A DNA stretch of 64,000 bases from Nemertoderma westbladi (Eukaryota > Animalia > Xenacoelomorpha). Where the stretch lies: NCBI GenBank assembly GCA_032718475.1, contig JAUCBJ010000375.1, forward strand, positions 24,960 to 88,959, read 5' to 3'. The translations under genes were made by a program, and so were the position numbers. Below are positions 1 to 15,225 of this stretch, piece after piece. Each line of letters begins with the position of its first letter. Position 1 is the stretch's first letter. The notes below the pieces were generated by a model. The model saw only the letters and a program-made list of their open reading frames with translations. It did not search any database and had not been told where the DNA came from.

Positions 1-2832
1 TCCTGCCCGTGAAAGGCTCAGCACACACACCCATTAAAATAAATTAAGGCCTGCCCGTGTAAGGCTCAGCACATACACCCATTAATATAAATTAAGTCCT
101 GCCCGTGTAAGGCTCAGCAGATACACCCATTAAAATAAATTAAGTCCTACCCGTGTAAGGCTCAGCACATACACCCATTAAAATAAATTAAGTCCTGCCC
201 GTGAAAGGCTCAGCACATACATCCATTAAAATAAATTAAGTCCTGCCCGTGTAAGGCACAGCACATACACCCATTAATATAAATTAAGTCCTGCCCGTGT
301 AAGGCTCAGCACATACACCCATTAAAATAAATTAAGGCCTGCCCGTGAAAGGCTCAGCAGATACACCCATTAAAATAAATTAAGTCCTACCCGTGTAAGG
401 CTCAGCACACACACCCATTAAAATAAATTAAGTCCTGCCCGTGTAAGGCTCAGCACATACACCCATTAAAATAAATTAAGGCCCTCCCTTGTAAGGCTCA
501 GCAGATACACCCATTAAAATAAATTAAGTCCTACCCGTGTAAGGCTCAGCACATACACCCATTAAAATAAATTAAGTCCTGCCCGTGTAAGGCTCAGCAC
601 ATACACCCATTAAAATAAATTAAGGCCCTCCCTTGTAAGGCTCAGCAGATACACCCATTAAAATAAATTAAGTCCTACCCGTGTAAGGCTCAGCACATAC
701 ACCCATTAAAATAAATTAAGGCCTGCCCGTGTAAGGCTCAGCACATACACCCATTAAAATAAATTAAGTCCTGCCCGTGAAAGGCTCAGCACACACACCC
801 ATTAAAATAAATTAAGTCCTGCCCGTGTAAGGCTCAGCACATACACCCATTAAAATAAATTAAGGCCCTCCCTTGTAAGGCTCAGCAGATACACCCATTA
901 AAATAAATTAAGTCCTACCCGTGTAAGGCTCAGCACATACACCCATTAAAATAAATTAAGGCCTGCCCGTGAAAGGCTCAGCAGATACACCCATTAAAAT
1001 AAATTAAGTCCTACCCGTGTAAGGCTCAGCACATACACCCATTAAAATAAATTAAGTCCTGCCCGTGAAAGGCTCAGCACACACACCCATTAAAATAAAT
1101 TAAGTCCTACCCGTGTAAGGCTCAGCACATACACCCATTAAAATAAATTAAGGCCTGCCCGTGAAAGGCTCAGCACACACACCCATTAAAATAAATTAAG
1201 TCCTGCCCGTGAAAGGCTCAGCACATACACCCATTAAAATAAATTAAGGCCTGCCCGTGAAAGGCTCAGCACACACACCCATTAAAATAAATTAAGTCCT
1301 GCCCGTGAAAGGCTCAGCACACACACCCATTAAAATAAATTAAGTCCTGCCCGTGAAAGGCTCAGCACACACACCCATTAAAATAAATTAAGGCCTGCCC
1401 GTGTAAGGCTCAGCACATACACCCATTAATATAAATTAAGGCCCTCCCTTGTAAGGCTCAGCAGATACACCCATTAAAATAAATTAAGTCCTGCCCATGT
1501 AAGGCTCACCAGATACACCCATTAAAATATATTAAGGCCTGCCCGTGTAAGGCACAGCACATACACCCATTAATATAAATTAAGTCCTGCCCGTGTAAGG
1601 CTCAGCAGATACACCCATTAAAATAAATTAAGTCCTACCCGTGTAAGGCTCAGCACATACACCCATTAAAATAAATTAAGGCCTGCCCGTGAAAGGCTCA
1701 GCACACACACCCATTAAAATAAATTAAGTCCTGCCCGTGAAAGGCTCAGCACACACACCCATTAAAATAAATTAAGTCCTACCCGTGTAAGGCTCAGCAC
1801 ATACACCCATTAAAATAAATTAAGGCCTGCCCGTGAAAGGCTCAGCACACACACCCATTAAAATAAATTAAGTCCTGCCCGTGAAAGGCTCAGCACATAC
1901 ACCCATTAAAATAAATTAAGTCCTGCCCCTGTAAGGCACAGCACATACACCCATTAAAATAAATTAAGTCCTGCCCGTGAAAGGCTCAGCACATACACCC
2001 ATTAAAATAAATTAAGTCCTACCCGTGTAAGGCTCAGCACATACACCCATTAAAATAAATTAAGGCCCTCCCTTGTAAGGCTCAGCAGATACATCCATTA
2101 AAATAAATTAAGTCCTGCCCGTGAAAGGCTCAGCACACACACCCATTAAAATAAATTAAGTCCTACCCGTGTAAGGCTCAGCACACACACCCATTAAAAT
2201 AAATTAAGTCCTGCCCGTGAAAGGCTCAGCACACACACCCATTAAAATAAATTAAGTCCTACCCGTGTAAGGCTCAGCACATACACCCATTAAAATAAAT
2301 TAAGGCCTGCCCGTGAAAGGCTCAGCACACACACCCATTAAAATAAATTAAGTCCTGCCCGTGAAAGGCTCAGCACACACACCCATTAAAATAAATTAAG
2401 TCCTACCCGTGTAAGGCTCAGCACATACACCCATTAAAATAAATTAAGGCCCTCCCTTGTAAGGCTCAGCAGATACATCCATTAAAATAAATTAAGTCCT
2501 GCCCGTGAAAGGCTCAGCACACACACCCATTAAAATAAATTAAGTCCTACCCGTGTAAGGCTCAGCACATACACCCATTAAAATAAATTAAGGCCTGCCC
2601 GTGAAAGGCTCAGCACACACACCCATTAAAATAAATTAAGTCCTGCCCGTGAAAGGCTCAGCACACACACCCATTAAAATAAATTAAGTCCTACCCGTGT
2701 AAGGCTCAGCACATACACCCATTAAAATAAATTAAGGCCCTCCCTTGTAAGGCTCAGCACACACACCCATTAAAATAAATTAAGTCCTGCCCGTGAAAGG
2801 CTCAGCACATACACCCATTAAAATAAATTAAG
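1..2832. repeat. Variant domain A: units rich in GTGAAAGG, TCCTACCC and GCACACACAC variants
   Basis: These variants are frequent up to unit 2785. Afterwards GTGAAAGG occurs only sporadically (units 4081, 11530, 19246, 20166, 59871). Confidence 0.85.
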
Positions 2833-3360
2833 GCCCTCCCTTGTAAGGCTCAGCAGATACATCCATTAAAATAAATTAAGTCCTGCCCGTGTAAGGCTCA
2901 GCACATACACCCATTAAAATAAATTAAGGCCCTCCCTTGTAAGGCTCAGCAGACACACCCATTAAAATAAATTAAGTCCTGCCCATGTAAGGCTCAGCAG
3001 ATACACCCATTAAAATAAATTAAGTCCTGCCCGTGTAAGGCTCAGCACATACACCCATTAAAATAAATTAAGGCCCTCCCTTGTAAGGCTCAGCAGATAC
3101 ATCCATTAAAATAAATTAAGTCCTGCCCGTGTAAGGCTCAGCACATACACCCATTAATATAAATTAAGGCCCTCCCTTGTAAGGCTCAGCAGATACATCC
3201 ATTAAAATAAATTAAGTCCTGCCCGTGTAAGGCTCAGCATGTACACCCCTTAAAATAAATTAAGGCCCTCCCTTGTAAGGCTCAGCACATACACCCATTA
3301 ATATAAATTAAGTCCTGCCCCTGTAAGGCTCAGCAGATACATCCATTAAAATAAATTAAG

Positions 3361-4848
3361 TCCTGCCCGTGTAAGGCTCAGCACATACACCCATTAATAT
3401 AAATTAAGGCCCTCCCTTGTAAGGCACAGCACATACACCCATTAAAATAAATTAAGGCCCTCCCTTGTAAGGCTCAGCAGATACATCCATTAAAATAAAT
3501 TAAGTCCTGCCCGTGTAAGGCTCAGCATGTACACCCCTTAAAATAAATTAAGGCCCTCCCTTGTAAGGCTCAGCACATACACCCATTAAAATAAATTAAG
3601 GCCCTCCCTTGTAAGGCTCAGCAGATACATCCATTAAAATAAATTAAGTCCTGCCCGTGTAAGGCTCAGCACATACACCCATTAATATAAATTAAGGCCC
3701 TCCCTTGTAAGGCTCAGCACATACACCCATTAATATAAATTAAGGCCCTCCCCTGTAAGGCTCAGCAGATACATCCATTAAAATAAATTAAGTCCTGCCC
3801 ATGTAAGGCTCAGCACATACACCCATTAATATAAATTAAGGCCCTCCCTTGTAAGGCTCAGCACATACACCCATTAAAATAAATTAAGGCCCTCCCTTGT
3901 AAGGCTCAGCAGATACACCCATTAAAATAAATTAAGTCCTACCCGTGTAAGGCTCAGCACATACACCCATTAAAATAAATTAAGTCCTACCCGTGTAAGG
4001 CTCAGCACATACACCCATTAATATAAATTAAGGCCCTCCCTTGTAAGGCTCAGCAGATACATCCATTAAAATAAATTAAGTCCTGCCCGTGAAAGGCTCA
4101 GCACACACACCCATTAAAATAAATTAAGTCCTACCCGTGTAAGGCTCAGCACATACACCCATTAATATAAATTAAGGCCCTCCCTTGTAAGGCTCAGCAG
4201 ATACATCCATTAAAATAAATTAAGTCCTGCCCATGTAAGGCTCAGCACATACACCCATTAAAATAAATTAAGGCCCTCCCTTGTAAGGCTCAGCAGATAC
4301 ACCCATTAAAATAAATTAAGTCCTACCCGTGTAAGGCTCAGCACATACACCCATTAAAATAAATTAAGGCCCTCCCTTGTAAGGCTCAGCAGATACACCC
4401 ATTAAAATAAATTAAGTCCTGCCCATGTAAGGCTCAGCACATACATACATTAAAATAAATTAAGGCCTGCCCGTGTAAGGCTCAGCACATACATCCATTA
4501 AAATAAATTAAGTCCTGCCCATGTAAGGCTCAGCACATACATACATTAAAATAAATTAAGTCCTACCCGTGTAAGGCTCAGCACATACACCCATTAAAAT
4601 AAATTAAGGCCCTCCCTTGTAAGGCTCAGCAGATACACCCATTAAAATAAATTAAGTCCTGCCCATGTAAGGCTCAGCACATACATACATTAAAATAAAT
4701 TAAGGCCTGCCCGTGTAAGGCTCAGCACATACACCCATTAAAATAAATTAAGGCCCTCCCTTGTAAGGCTCAGCAGATACACCCATTAAAATAAATTAAG
4801 TCCTGCCCATGTAAGGCTCAGCACATACATACATTAAAATAAATTAAG
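3361..4848. repeat. 31-unit (1,488-bp) block, copy 1; copy 2 at 10810-12297
   Basis: The same order of variants occurs at offset 7,449, including rare markers: GCATGTACACCCCTT 3505/10954, GCCCTCCCCTG 3745/11194, GTGAAAGG 4081/11530, CATACATT 4417/11866. Spot-checked by eye, not aligned computationally. Confidence 0.88.
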
Positions 4849-7800
4849 TCCTGCCCGTGTAAGGCTCAGCACATACACCCATTAAAATAAATTAAGTCCT
4901 GCCCATGTAAGGCTCAGCACATACATACATTAAAATAAATTAAGGCCTGCCCGTGTAAGGCTCAGCACATACACCCATTAAAATAAATTAAGGCCCTCCC
5001 TTGTAAGGCTCAGCAGATACACCCATTAAAATAAATTAAGTCCTGCCCATGTAAGGCTCAGCACATACATACATTAAAATAAATTAAGTCCTGCCCATGT
5101 AAGGCTCAGCACATACATACATTAAAATAAATTAAGTCCTGCCCGTGTAAGGCTCAGCAGATACACCCATTAATATAAATTAAGTCCTGTCCGTGTAAGG
5201 CTCAGCACATACACCCATTAAAATAAATTAAGTCCTGCCCGTGTAAGGCTCAGCAGATACACCCATTAATATAAATTAAGTCCTGCCCGTGTAAGGCTCA
5301 GCAGATACATCCATTAAAATAAATTAAGTCCTGCCCGTGTAAGGCTCAGCACATACACCCATTAAAATAAATTAAGTCCTGCCCGTGTAAGGCTCAGCAG
5401 ATACATCCATTAAAATAAATTAAGTCCTGCCCGTGTAAGGCTCAGCAGATACATCCATTAAAATAAATTAAGTCCTGCCCATGTAAGGCTCAGCACATAC
5501 ACCCATTAAAATAAATTAAGGCCCTCCCTTGTAAGGCTCAGCAGATACACCCATTAAAATAAATTAAGTCCTGCCCATGTAAGGCTCAGCACATACACCC
5601 ATTAAAATAAATTAAGGCCTGCCCGTGTAAGGCACAGCACATACACCCATTAAAATAAATTAAGTCCTGCCCATGTAAGGCTCAGCACATACATACATTA
5701 AAATAAATTAAGGCCCTCCCTTGTAAGGCTCAGCACATACATACATTAAAATAAATTAAGGCCTGCCCGTGTAAGGCACAGCACATACACCCATTAAAAT
5801 AAATTAAGTCCTGCCCCTGTAAGGCTCAGCACATACACCCATTAAAATAAATTAAGTCCTGCCCATGTAAGGCACAGCACATACACCCATTAAAATAAAT
5901 TAAGTCCTGCCCGTGTAAGGCACAGCACATACACCCATTAAAATAAATTAAGTCCTGCCCCTGTAAGGCTCAGCACATACACCCATTAAAATAAATTAAG
6001 TCCTGCCCATGTAAGGCACAGCACATACACCCATTAAAATAAATTAAGTCCTGCCCATGTAAGGCTCAGCACATACATACATTAAAATAAATTAAGGCCC
6101 TCCCTTGTAAGGCTCAGCACATACATACATTAAAATAAATTAAGTCCTGCCCGTGTAAGGCTCAGCACATACATCCATTAATATAAATTAAGTCCTGCCC
6201 ATGTAAGGCTCAGCAAATACACCCATTAAAATAAATTAAGTCCTGCCCGTGTAAGGCACAGCACATACACCCATTAAAATAAATTAAGGCCCTCCCTTGT
6301 AAGGCTCAGCACATACACCCATTAAAATAAATTAAGGCCCTCCCTTGTAAGGCTCAGCACATACACCCATTAAAATAAATTAAGGCCTGCCCGTGTAAGG
6401 CTCAGCACATACACCCATTAAAATAAATTAAGTCCTGCCCATGTAAGGCACAGCACATACATCCATTAATATAAATTAAGGCCTGCCCGTGTAAGGCTCA
6501 GCACATTCACACACCCATTAAAATAAATTAAGTCCTGCCCATGTAAGGCTCAGCACATACACCCATTAATATAAATTAAGTCCTGTCCGTGTAAGGCTCA
6601 GCACATACACCCATTAAAATAAATTAAGTCCTGCCCCTGTAAGGCTCAGCACATACACCCATTAAAATAAATTAAGTCCTGCCCGTGTAAGGCTCAGCAC
6701 ATACACCCATTAAAATAAATTAAGTCCTGCCCGTGTAAGGCTCAGCACATACACCCATTAAAATAAATTAAGTCCTGCCCCTGTAAGGCTCAGCACATAC
6801 ACCCATTAATATAAATTAAGTCCTGTCCGTGTAAGGCTCAGCACATACACCCATTAATATAAATGAAGGCCTGCCCCTGTAAGGCTCAGCACATACACCC
6901 ATTAAAATAAATTAAGTCCTGCCCGTGTAAGGCTCAGCACATACACCCATTAAAATAAATTAAGTCCTGCCCGTGTAAGGCTCAGCACATACACCCATTA
7001 AAATAAATTAAGTCCTGCCCCTGTAAGGCTCAGCACATACACCCATTAAAATAAATTAAGTCCTGTCCCTGTAAGGCTCAGCACATACACCCATTAAAAT
7101 AAATTAAGTCCTGCCCCTGTAAGGCTCAGCACATTCACACACCCATTAAAATAAATTAAGTCCTGCCCCTGTAAGGCTCAGCACATACACCCATTAAAAT
7201 AAATTAAGTCCTGCCCGTGTAAGGCTCAGCACATACACCCATTAAAATAAATTAAGTCCTGCCCGTGTAAGGCTCAGCACATACACCCATTAAAATAAAT
7301 TAAGTCCTGCCCGTGTAAGGCACAGCACATACACCCATTAAAATAAATTAAGGCCCTCCCTTGTAAGGCTCAGCAGATACACCCATTAAAATAAATTAAG
7401 TCCTGCCCGTGTAAGGCTCAGCACATACACCCATTAAAATAAATTAAGTCCTGCCCGTGTAAGGCACAGCACATACACCCATTAAAATAAATTAAGGCCT
7501 GCCCATGTAAGGCACAGCACATACACCCATTAAAATAAATTAAGTCCTGCCCGTGTAAGGCACAGCACATACACCCATTAAAATAAATTAAGGCCCTCCC
7601 TTGTAAGGCTCAGCAGATACACCCATTAAAATAAATTAAGTCCTGCCCATGTAAGGCACAGCACATACACCCATTAAAATAAATTAAGGCCCTCCCTTGT
7701 AAGGCTCAGCAGATACACCCATTAAAATAAATTAAGTCCTGCCCATGTAAGGCACAGCACATACACCCATTAAAATAAATTAAGGCCTGCCCGTGTAAGG

Positions 7801-10425
7801 CTCAGCACATACACCCATTAAAATAAATGAAGGCCTGCCCCTGTAAGGCTCAGCACATACACCCATTAAAATAAATTAAGGCCCTCCCTTGTAAGGCTCA
7901 GCAGATACACCCATTAAAATAAATTAAGTCCTGCCCGTGTAAGGCTCAGCACATACACCCATTAAAATAAATTAAGTCCTGCCCGTGTAAGGCACAGCAC
8001 ATACACCCATTAAAATAAATTAAGGCCTGCCCATGTAAGGCACAGCACATACACCCATTAAAATAAATTAAGTCCTGCCCGTGTAAGGCACAGCACATAC
8101 ACCCATTAAAATAAATTAAGTCCTGCCCGTGTAAGGCACAGCACATACACCCATTAAAATAAATTAAGGCCCTCCCTTGTAAGGCTCAGCAGATACACCC
8201 ATTAAAATAAATTAAGTCCTGCCCGTGTAAGGCTCAGCACATACACCCATTAAAATAAATTAAGTCCTGCCCGTGTAAGGCACAGCACATACACCCATTA
8301 AAATAAATTAAGGCCTGCCCATGTAAGGCACAGCACATACACCCATTAAAATAAATTAAGTCCTGCCCGTGTAAGGCACAGCACATACACCCATTAAAAT
8401 AAATTAAGGCCCTCCCTTGTAAGGCTCAGCAGATACACCCATTAAAATAAATTAAGTCCTGCCCATGTAAGGCACAGCACATACACCCATTAAAATAAAT
8501 TAAGGCCCTCCCTTGTAAGGCTCAGCAGATACACCCATTAAAATAAATTAAGTCCTGCCCATGTAAGGCACAGCACATACACCCATTAAAATAAATTAAG
8601 GCCTGCCCATGTAAGGCACAGCAGATACACCCATTAAAATAAATTAAGTCCTGCCCGTGTAAGGCTCAGCACATACACCCATTAAAATAAATTAAGTCCT
8701 GCCCGTGTAAGGCTCAGCATGTACACCCATTAAAATAAATTAAGGCCTGCCCATGTAAGGCACAGCACATACACCCATTAAAATAAATTAAGTCCTGCCC
8801 GTGTAAGGCACAGCACATACACCCATTAAAATAAATTAAGGCCCTCCCTTGTAAGGCTCAGCAGATACACCCATTAAAATAAATTAAGTCCTGCCCATGT
8901 AAGGCACAGCACATACACCCATTAAAATAAATTAAGGCCTGCCCATGTAAGGCACAGCAGATACACCCATTAAAATAAATTAAGTCCTGCCCGTGTAAGG
9001 CTCAGCACATACATACATTAAAATAAATTAAGGCCTGCCCGTGTAAGGCACAGCACATACATCCATTAAAATAAATTAAGGCCCTCCCTTGTAAGGCTCA
9101 GCAGATACACCCATTAAAATAAATTAAGTCCTGCCCGTGTAAGGCACAGCACATACACCCATTAAAATAAATTAAGGCCCTCCCTTGTAAGGCTCAGCAG
9201 ATACACCCATTAAAATAAATTAAGTCCTGCCCGTGTAAGGCACAGCACATACACCCATTAAAATAAATTAAGGCCCTCCCTTGTAAGGCTCAGCAGATAC
9301 ACCCATTAAAATAAATTAAGTCCTGCCCATGTAAGGCACAGCACATACACCCATTAAAATAAATTAAGGCCTGCCCATGTAAGGCACAGCAGATACACCC
9401 ATTAAAATAAATTAAGTCCTGCCCATGTAAGGCACAGCACATACACCCATTAAAATAAATTAAGGCCTGCCCATGTAAGGCACAGCAGATACACCCATTA
9501 AAATAAATTAAGTCCTGCCCGTGTAAGGCTCAGCACATACACCCATTAAAATAAATTAAGTCCTGCCCGTGTAAGGCACAGCACATACACCCATTAATAT
9601 AAATTAAGTCCTGCCCGTGTAAGGCTCAGTACATACACCCATTAAAATAAATTAAGGCCTGCCCATGTAAGGCACAGCACATACACCCATTAAAATAAAT
9701 TAAGGCCTGCCCATGTAAGGCACAGCAGATACACCCATTAAAATAAATTAAGTCCTGCCCGTGTAAGGCTCAGCACATACACCCATTAAAATAAATTAAG
9801 TCCTGCCCGTGTAAGGCACAGCACATACACCCATTAAAATAAATTAAGTCCTGCCCGTGTAAGGCACAGCACATACACCCATTAATATAAATTAAGTCCT
9901 GCCCGTGTAAGGCTCAGTACATACACCCATTAAAATAAATTAAGGCCTGCCCATGTAAGGCACAGCACATACACCCATTAAAATAAATTAAGGCCCTCCC
10001 TTGTAAGGCTCAGCAGACACACCCATTAAAATAAATTAAGTCCTGCCCATGTAAGGCTCAGCAGATACACCCATTAAAATAAATTAAGTCCTGCCCGTGT
10101 AAGGCTCAGCACATACACCCATTAAAATAAATTAAGTCCTGCCCATGTAAGGCTCAGCAGATACACCCATTAAAATAAATTAAGTCCTGCCCGTGTAAGG
10201 CTCAGCACATACACCCATTAAAATAAATTAAGGCCCTCCCTTGTAAGGCTCAGCAGATACATCCATTAAAATAAATTAAGTCCTGCCCGTGTAAGGCTCA
10301 GCAGATACATCCATTAAAATAAATTAAGTCCTGCCCGTGTAAGGCTCAGCACATACACCCATTAAAATAAATTAAGTCCTGTCCCTTGTAAGGCTCAGCA
10401 CATACACCCATTAATATAAATTAAG

Positions 10426-11001
10426 GCCCTCCCTTGTAAGGCTCAGCAGATACATCCATTAAAATAAATTAAGTCCTGCCCGTGTAAGGCTCAGCATGTA
10501 CACCCCTTAAAATAAATTAAGGCCCTCCCTTGTAAGGCTCAGCAGATACATCCATTAAAATAAATTAAGTCCTGCCCGTGTAAGGCTCAGCACATACACC
10601 CATTAATATAAATTAAGGCCCTCCCTTGTAAGGCACAGCACATACACCCATTAAAATAAATTAAGGCCCTCCCTTGTAAGGCTCAGCAGATACATCCATT
10701 AAAATAAATTAAGTCCTGCCCGTGTAAGGCTCAGCATGTACACCCCTTAAAATAAATTAAGGCCCTCCCTTGTAAGGCTCAGCAGATACATCCATTAAAA
10801 TAAATTAAGTCCTGCCCGTGTAAGGCTCAGCACATACACCCATTAATATAAATTAAGGCCCTCCCTTGTAAGGCACAGCACATACACCCATTAAAATAAA
10901 TTAAGGCCCTCCCTTGTAAGGCTCAGCAGATACATCCATTAAAATAAATTAAGTCCTGCCCGTGTAAGGCTCAGCATGTACACCCCTTAAAATAAATTAA
11001 G
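10426..11001. repeat. Local 240-bp (5-unit) higher-order repeat, about 2.4 copies
   Basis: The rare GCATGTACACCCCTT unit sits at 10474, 10714 and 10954, with matching intervening variants. Confidence 0.85.
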
Positions 11002-12297
11002 GCCCTCCCTTGTAAGGCTCAGCACATACACCCATTAAAATAAATTAAGGCCCTCCCTTGTAAGGCTCAGCAGATACATCCATTAAAATAAATTAAGTCC
11101 TGCCCGTGTAAGGCTCAGCACATACACCCATTAATATAAATTAAGGCCCTCCCTTGTAAGGCTCAGCACATACACCCATTAATATAAATTAAGGCCCTCC
11201 CCTGTAAGGCTCAGCAGATACATCCATTAAAATAAATTAAGTCCTGCCCATGTAAGGCTCAGCACATACACCCATTAATATAAATTAAGGCCCTCCCTTG
11301 TAAGGCTCAGCACATACACCCATTAAAATAAATTAAGGCCCTCCCTTGTAAGGCTCAGCAGATACACCCATTAAAATAAATTAAGTCCTACCCGTGTAAG
11401 GCTCAGCACATACACCCATTAAAATAAATTAAGTCCTACCCGTGTAAGGCTCAGCACATACACCCATTAATATAAATTAAGGCCCTCCCTTGTAAGGCTC
11501 AGCAGATACATCCATTAAAATAAATTAAGTCCTGCCCGTGAAAGGCTCAGCACACACACCCATTAAAATAAATTAAGTCCTACCCGTGTAAGGCTCAGCA
11601 CATACACCCATTAATATAAATTAAGGCCCTCCCTTGTAAGGCTCAGCAGATACATCCATTAAAATAAATTAAGTCCTGCCCATGTAAGGCTCAGCACATA
11701 CACCCATTAAAATAAATTAAGGCCCTCCCTTGTAAGGCTCAGCAGATACACCCATTAAAATAAATTAAGTCCTACCCGTGTAAGGCTCAGCACATACACC
11801 CATTAAAATAAATTAAGGCCCTCCCTTGTAAGGCTCAGCAGATACACCCATTAAAATAAATTAAGTCCTGCCCATGTAAGGCTCAGCACATACATACATT
11901 AAAATAAATTAAGGCCTGCCCGTGTAAGGCTCAGCACATACATCCATTAAAATAAATTAAGTCCTGCCCATGTAAGGCTCAGCACATACATACATTAAAA
12001 TAAATTAAGTCCTACCCGTGTAAGGCTCAGCACATACACCCATTAAAATAAATTAAGGCCCTCCCTTGTAAGGCTCAGCAGATACACCCATTAAAATAAA
12101 TTAAGTCCTGCCCATGTAAGGCTCAGCACATACATACATTAAAATAAATTAAGGCCTGCCCGTGTAAGGCTCAGCACATACACCCATTAAAATAAATTAA
12201 GGCCCTCCCTTGTAAGGCTCAGCAGATACACCCATTAAAATAAATTAAGTCCTGCCCATGTAAGGCTCAGCACATACATACATTAAAATAAATTAAG
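10810..12297. repeat. 31-unit (1,488-bp) block, copy 2
   Basis: Variant order matches 3361-4848. Confidence 0.88.
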
Positions 12298-15225
12298 TCC
12301 TGCCCGTGTAAGGCTCAGCACATACATCCATTAAAATAAATTAAGTCCTGCCCATGTAAGGCTCAGCACATACATACATTAAAATAAATTAAGTCCTGCC
12401 CGTGTAAGGCTCAGCAGATACACCCATTAATATAAATTAAGTCCTGTCCGTGTAAGGCTCAGCACATACACCCATTAAAATAAATTAAGGCCCTCCCTTG
12501 TAAGGCTCAGCAGATACACCCATTAAAATAAATTAAGTCCTGCCCATGTAAGGCTCAGCACATACACCCATTAAAATAAATTAAGGCCTGCCCGTGTAAG
12601 GCACAGCACATACACCCATTAAAATAAATTAAGGCCCTCCCTTGTAAGGCTCAGCAGATACACCCATTAAAATAAATTAAGTCCTGCCCATGTAAGGCTC
12701 AGCACATACACCCATTAAAATAAATTAAGGCCTGCCCGTGTAAGGCACAGCACATACACCCATTAAAATAAATTAAGTCCTGCCCATGTAAGGCTCAGCA
12801 CATACATACATTAAAATAAATTAAGGCCCTCCCTTGTAAGGCTCAGCAGATACACCCATTAAAATAAATTAAGTCCTGCCCATGTAAGGCTCAGCACATA
12901 CATACATTAAAATAAATTAAGGCCTGCCCGTGTAAGGCACAGCACATACACCCATTAAAATAAATTAAGGCCCTCCCTTGTAAGGCTCAGCAGATACACC
13001 CATTAAAATAAATTAAGTCCTGCCCATGTAAGGCTCAGCACATACACCCATTAAAATAAATTAAGGCCTGCCCGTGTAAGGCACAGCACATACACCCATT
13101 AAAATAAATTAAGTCCTGCCCATGTAAGGCTCAGCACATACATACATTAAAATAAATTAAGGCCCTCCCTTGTAAGGCTCAGCAGATACACCCATTAAAA
13201 TAAATTAAGTCCTGCCCATGTAAGGCTCAGCACATACATACATTAAAATAAATTAAGGCCTGCCCGTGTAAGGCTCAGCACATACACCCATTAAAATAAA
13301 TTAAGGCCCTCCCTTGTAAGGCTCAGCAGATACACCCATTAAAATAAATTAAGTCCTGCCCATGTAAGGCTCAGCACATACATACATTAAAATAAATTAA
13401 GTCCTACCCGTGTAAGGCTCAGCACATACACCCATTAAAATAAATTAAGGCCCTCCCTTGTAAGGCTCAGCAGATACACCCATTAAAATAAATTAAGTCC
13501 TGCCCATGTAAGGCTCAGCACATACATACATTAAAATAAATTAAGGCCTGCCCATGTAAGGCACAGCAGATACACCCATTAAAATAAATTAAGTCCTGCC
13601 CGTGTAAGGCTCAGCACATACACCCATTAAAATAAATTAAGGCCCTCCCTTGTAAGGCTCAGCAGATACACCCATTAAAATAAATTAAGTCCTGCCCATG
13701 TAAGGCTCAGCACATACATACATTAAAATAAATTAAGGCCTGCCCGTGTAAGGCACAGCACATACACCCATTAAAATAAATTAAGGCCCTCCCTTGTAAG
13801 GCTCAGCAGATACACCCATTAAAATAAATTAAGTCCTGCCCATGTAAGGCTCAGCACATACATACATTAAAATAAATTAAGGCCTGCCCGTGTAAGGCTC
13901 AGCACATACATACATTAAAATAAATTAAGTCCTACCCGTGTAAGGCTCAGCACATACACCCATTAAAATAAATTAAGTCCTGCCCCTGTAAGGCTCAGCA
14001 CATACACCCATTAAAATAAATTAAGTCCTGCCCGTGTAAGGCACAGCACATACACCCATTAAAAGAAATTAAGTCCTGCCCGTGTAAGGCTCAGCACATA
14101 CATACATTAAAATAAATTAAGGCCTGCCCGTGTAAGGCACAGCACATACACCCATTAAAATAAATTAAGGCCCTCCCTTGTAAGGCTCAGCAGATACACC
14201 CATTAAAATAAATTAAGTCCTGCCCATGTAAGGCTCAGCACATACATACATTAAAATAAATTAAGGCCTGCCCGTGTAAGGCTCAGCACATACATACATT
14301 AAAATAAATTAAGTCCTACCCGTGTAAGGCTCAGCACATACACCCATTAAAATAAATTAAGTCCTGCCCCTGTAAGGCTCAGCACATACACCCATTAAAA
14401 TAAATTAAGTCCTGCCCGTGTAAGGCACAGCACATACACCCATTAAAATAAATTAAGGCCCTCCCTTGTAAGGCACAGCACATACACCCATTAAAATAAA
14501 TTAAGTCCTGCCCCTGTAAGGCTCAGCACATACACCCATTAAAATAAATTAAGTCCTGCCCATGTAAGGATCAGCACATACACCCATTAAAATAAATTAA
14601 GGCCTGCCCGTGTAAGGCACAGCACATACACCCATTAAAATAAATTAAGTCCTGCCCATGTAAGGATCAGCACATACACCCATTAAAATAAATTAAGTCC
14701 TGCCCATGTAAGGCTCAGCACATACACCCATTAAAATAAATTAAGTCCTGCCCATGTAAGGCTCAGCACATACACCCATTAAAATAAATTAAGTCCTGCC
14801 CATGTAAGGATCAGCACATACACCCATTAAAATAAATTAAGGCCTGCCCGTGTAAGGCACAGCACATACACCCATTAAAATAAATTAAGTCCTGTCCGTG
14901 TAAGGCACAGCACATACACCCATTAAAATAAATTAAGGCCTGCCCGTGTAAGGCTCAGCACATACACCCATTAAAATAAATTAAGTCCTGCCCCTGTAAG
15001 GCTCAGCACATACACCCATTAAAATAAATTAAGTCCTGCCCGTGTAAGGCTCAGCACATACACCCATTAAAATAAATTAAGTCCTGCCCCTGTAAGGCAC
15101 AGCACATACACCCATTAAAATAAATTAAGTCCTGTCCGTGTAAGGCACAGCACATACACCCATTAAAATAAATTAAGTCCTGTCCGTGTAAGGCACAGCA
15201 CATACACCCATTAATATAAATTAAG

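Noticed and set aside
6481-10425. Indels +4, +4, +1 summing to 9 as compensatory frame restoration
   Set aside because: The shifted frames between them contain stops in every unit, and the +1 unit may be an error.
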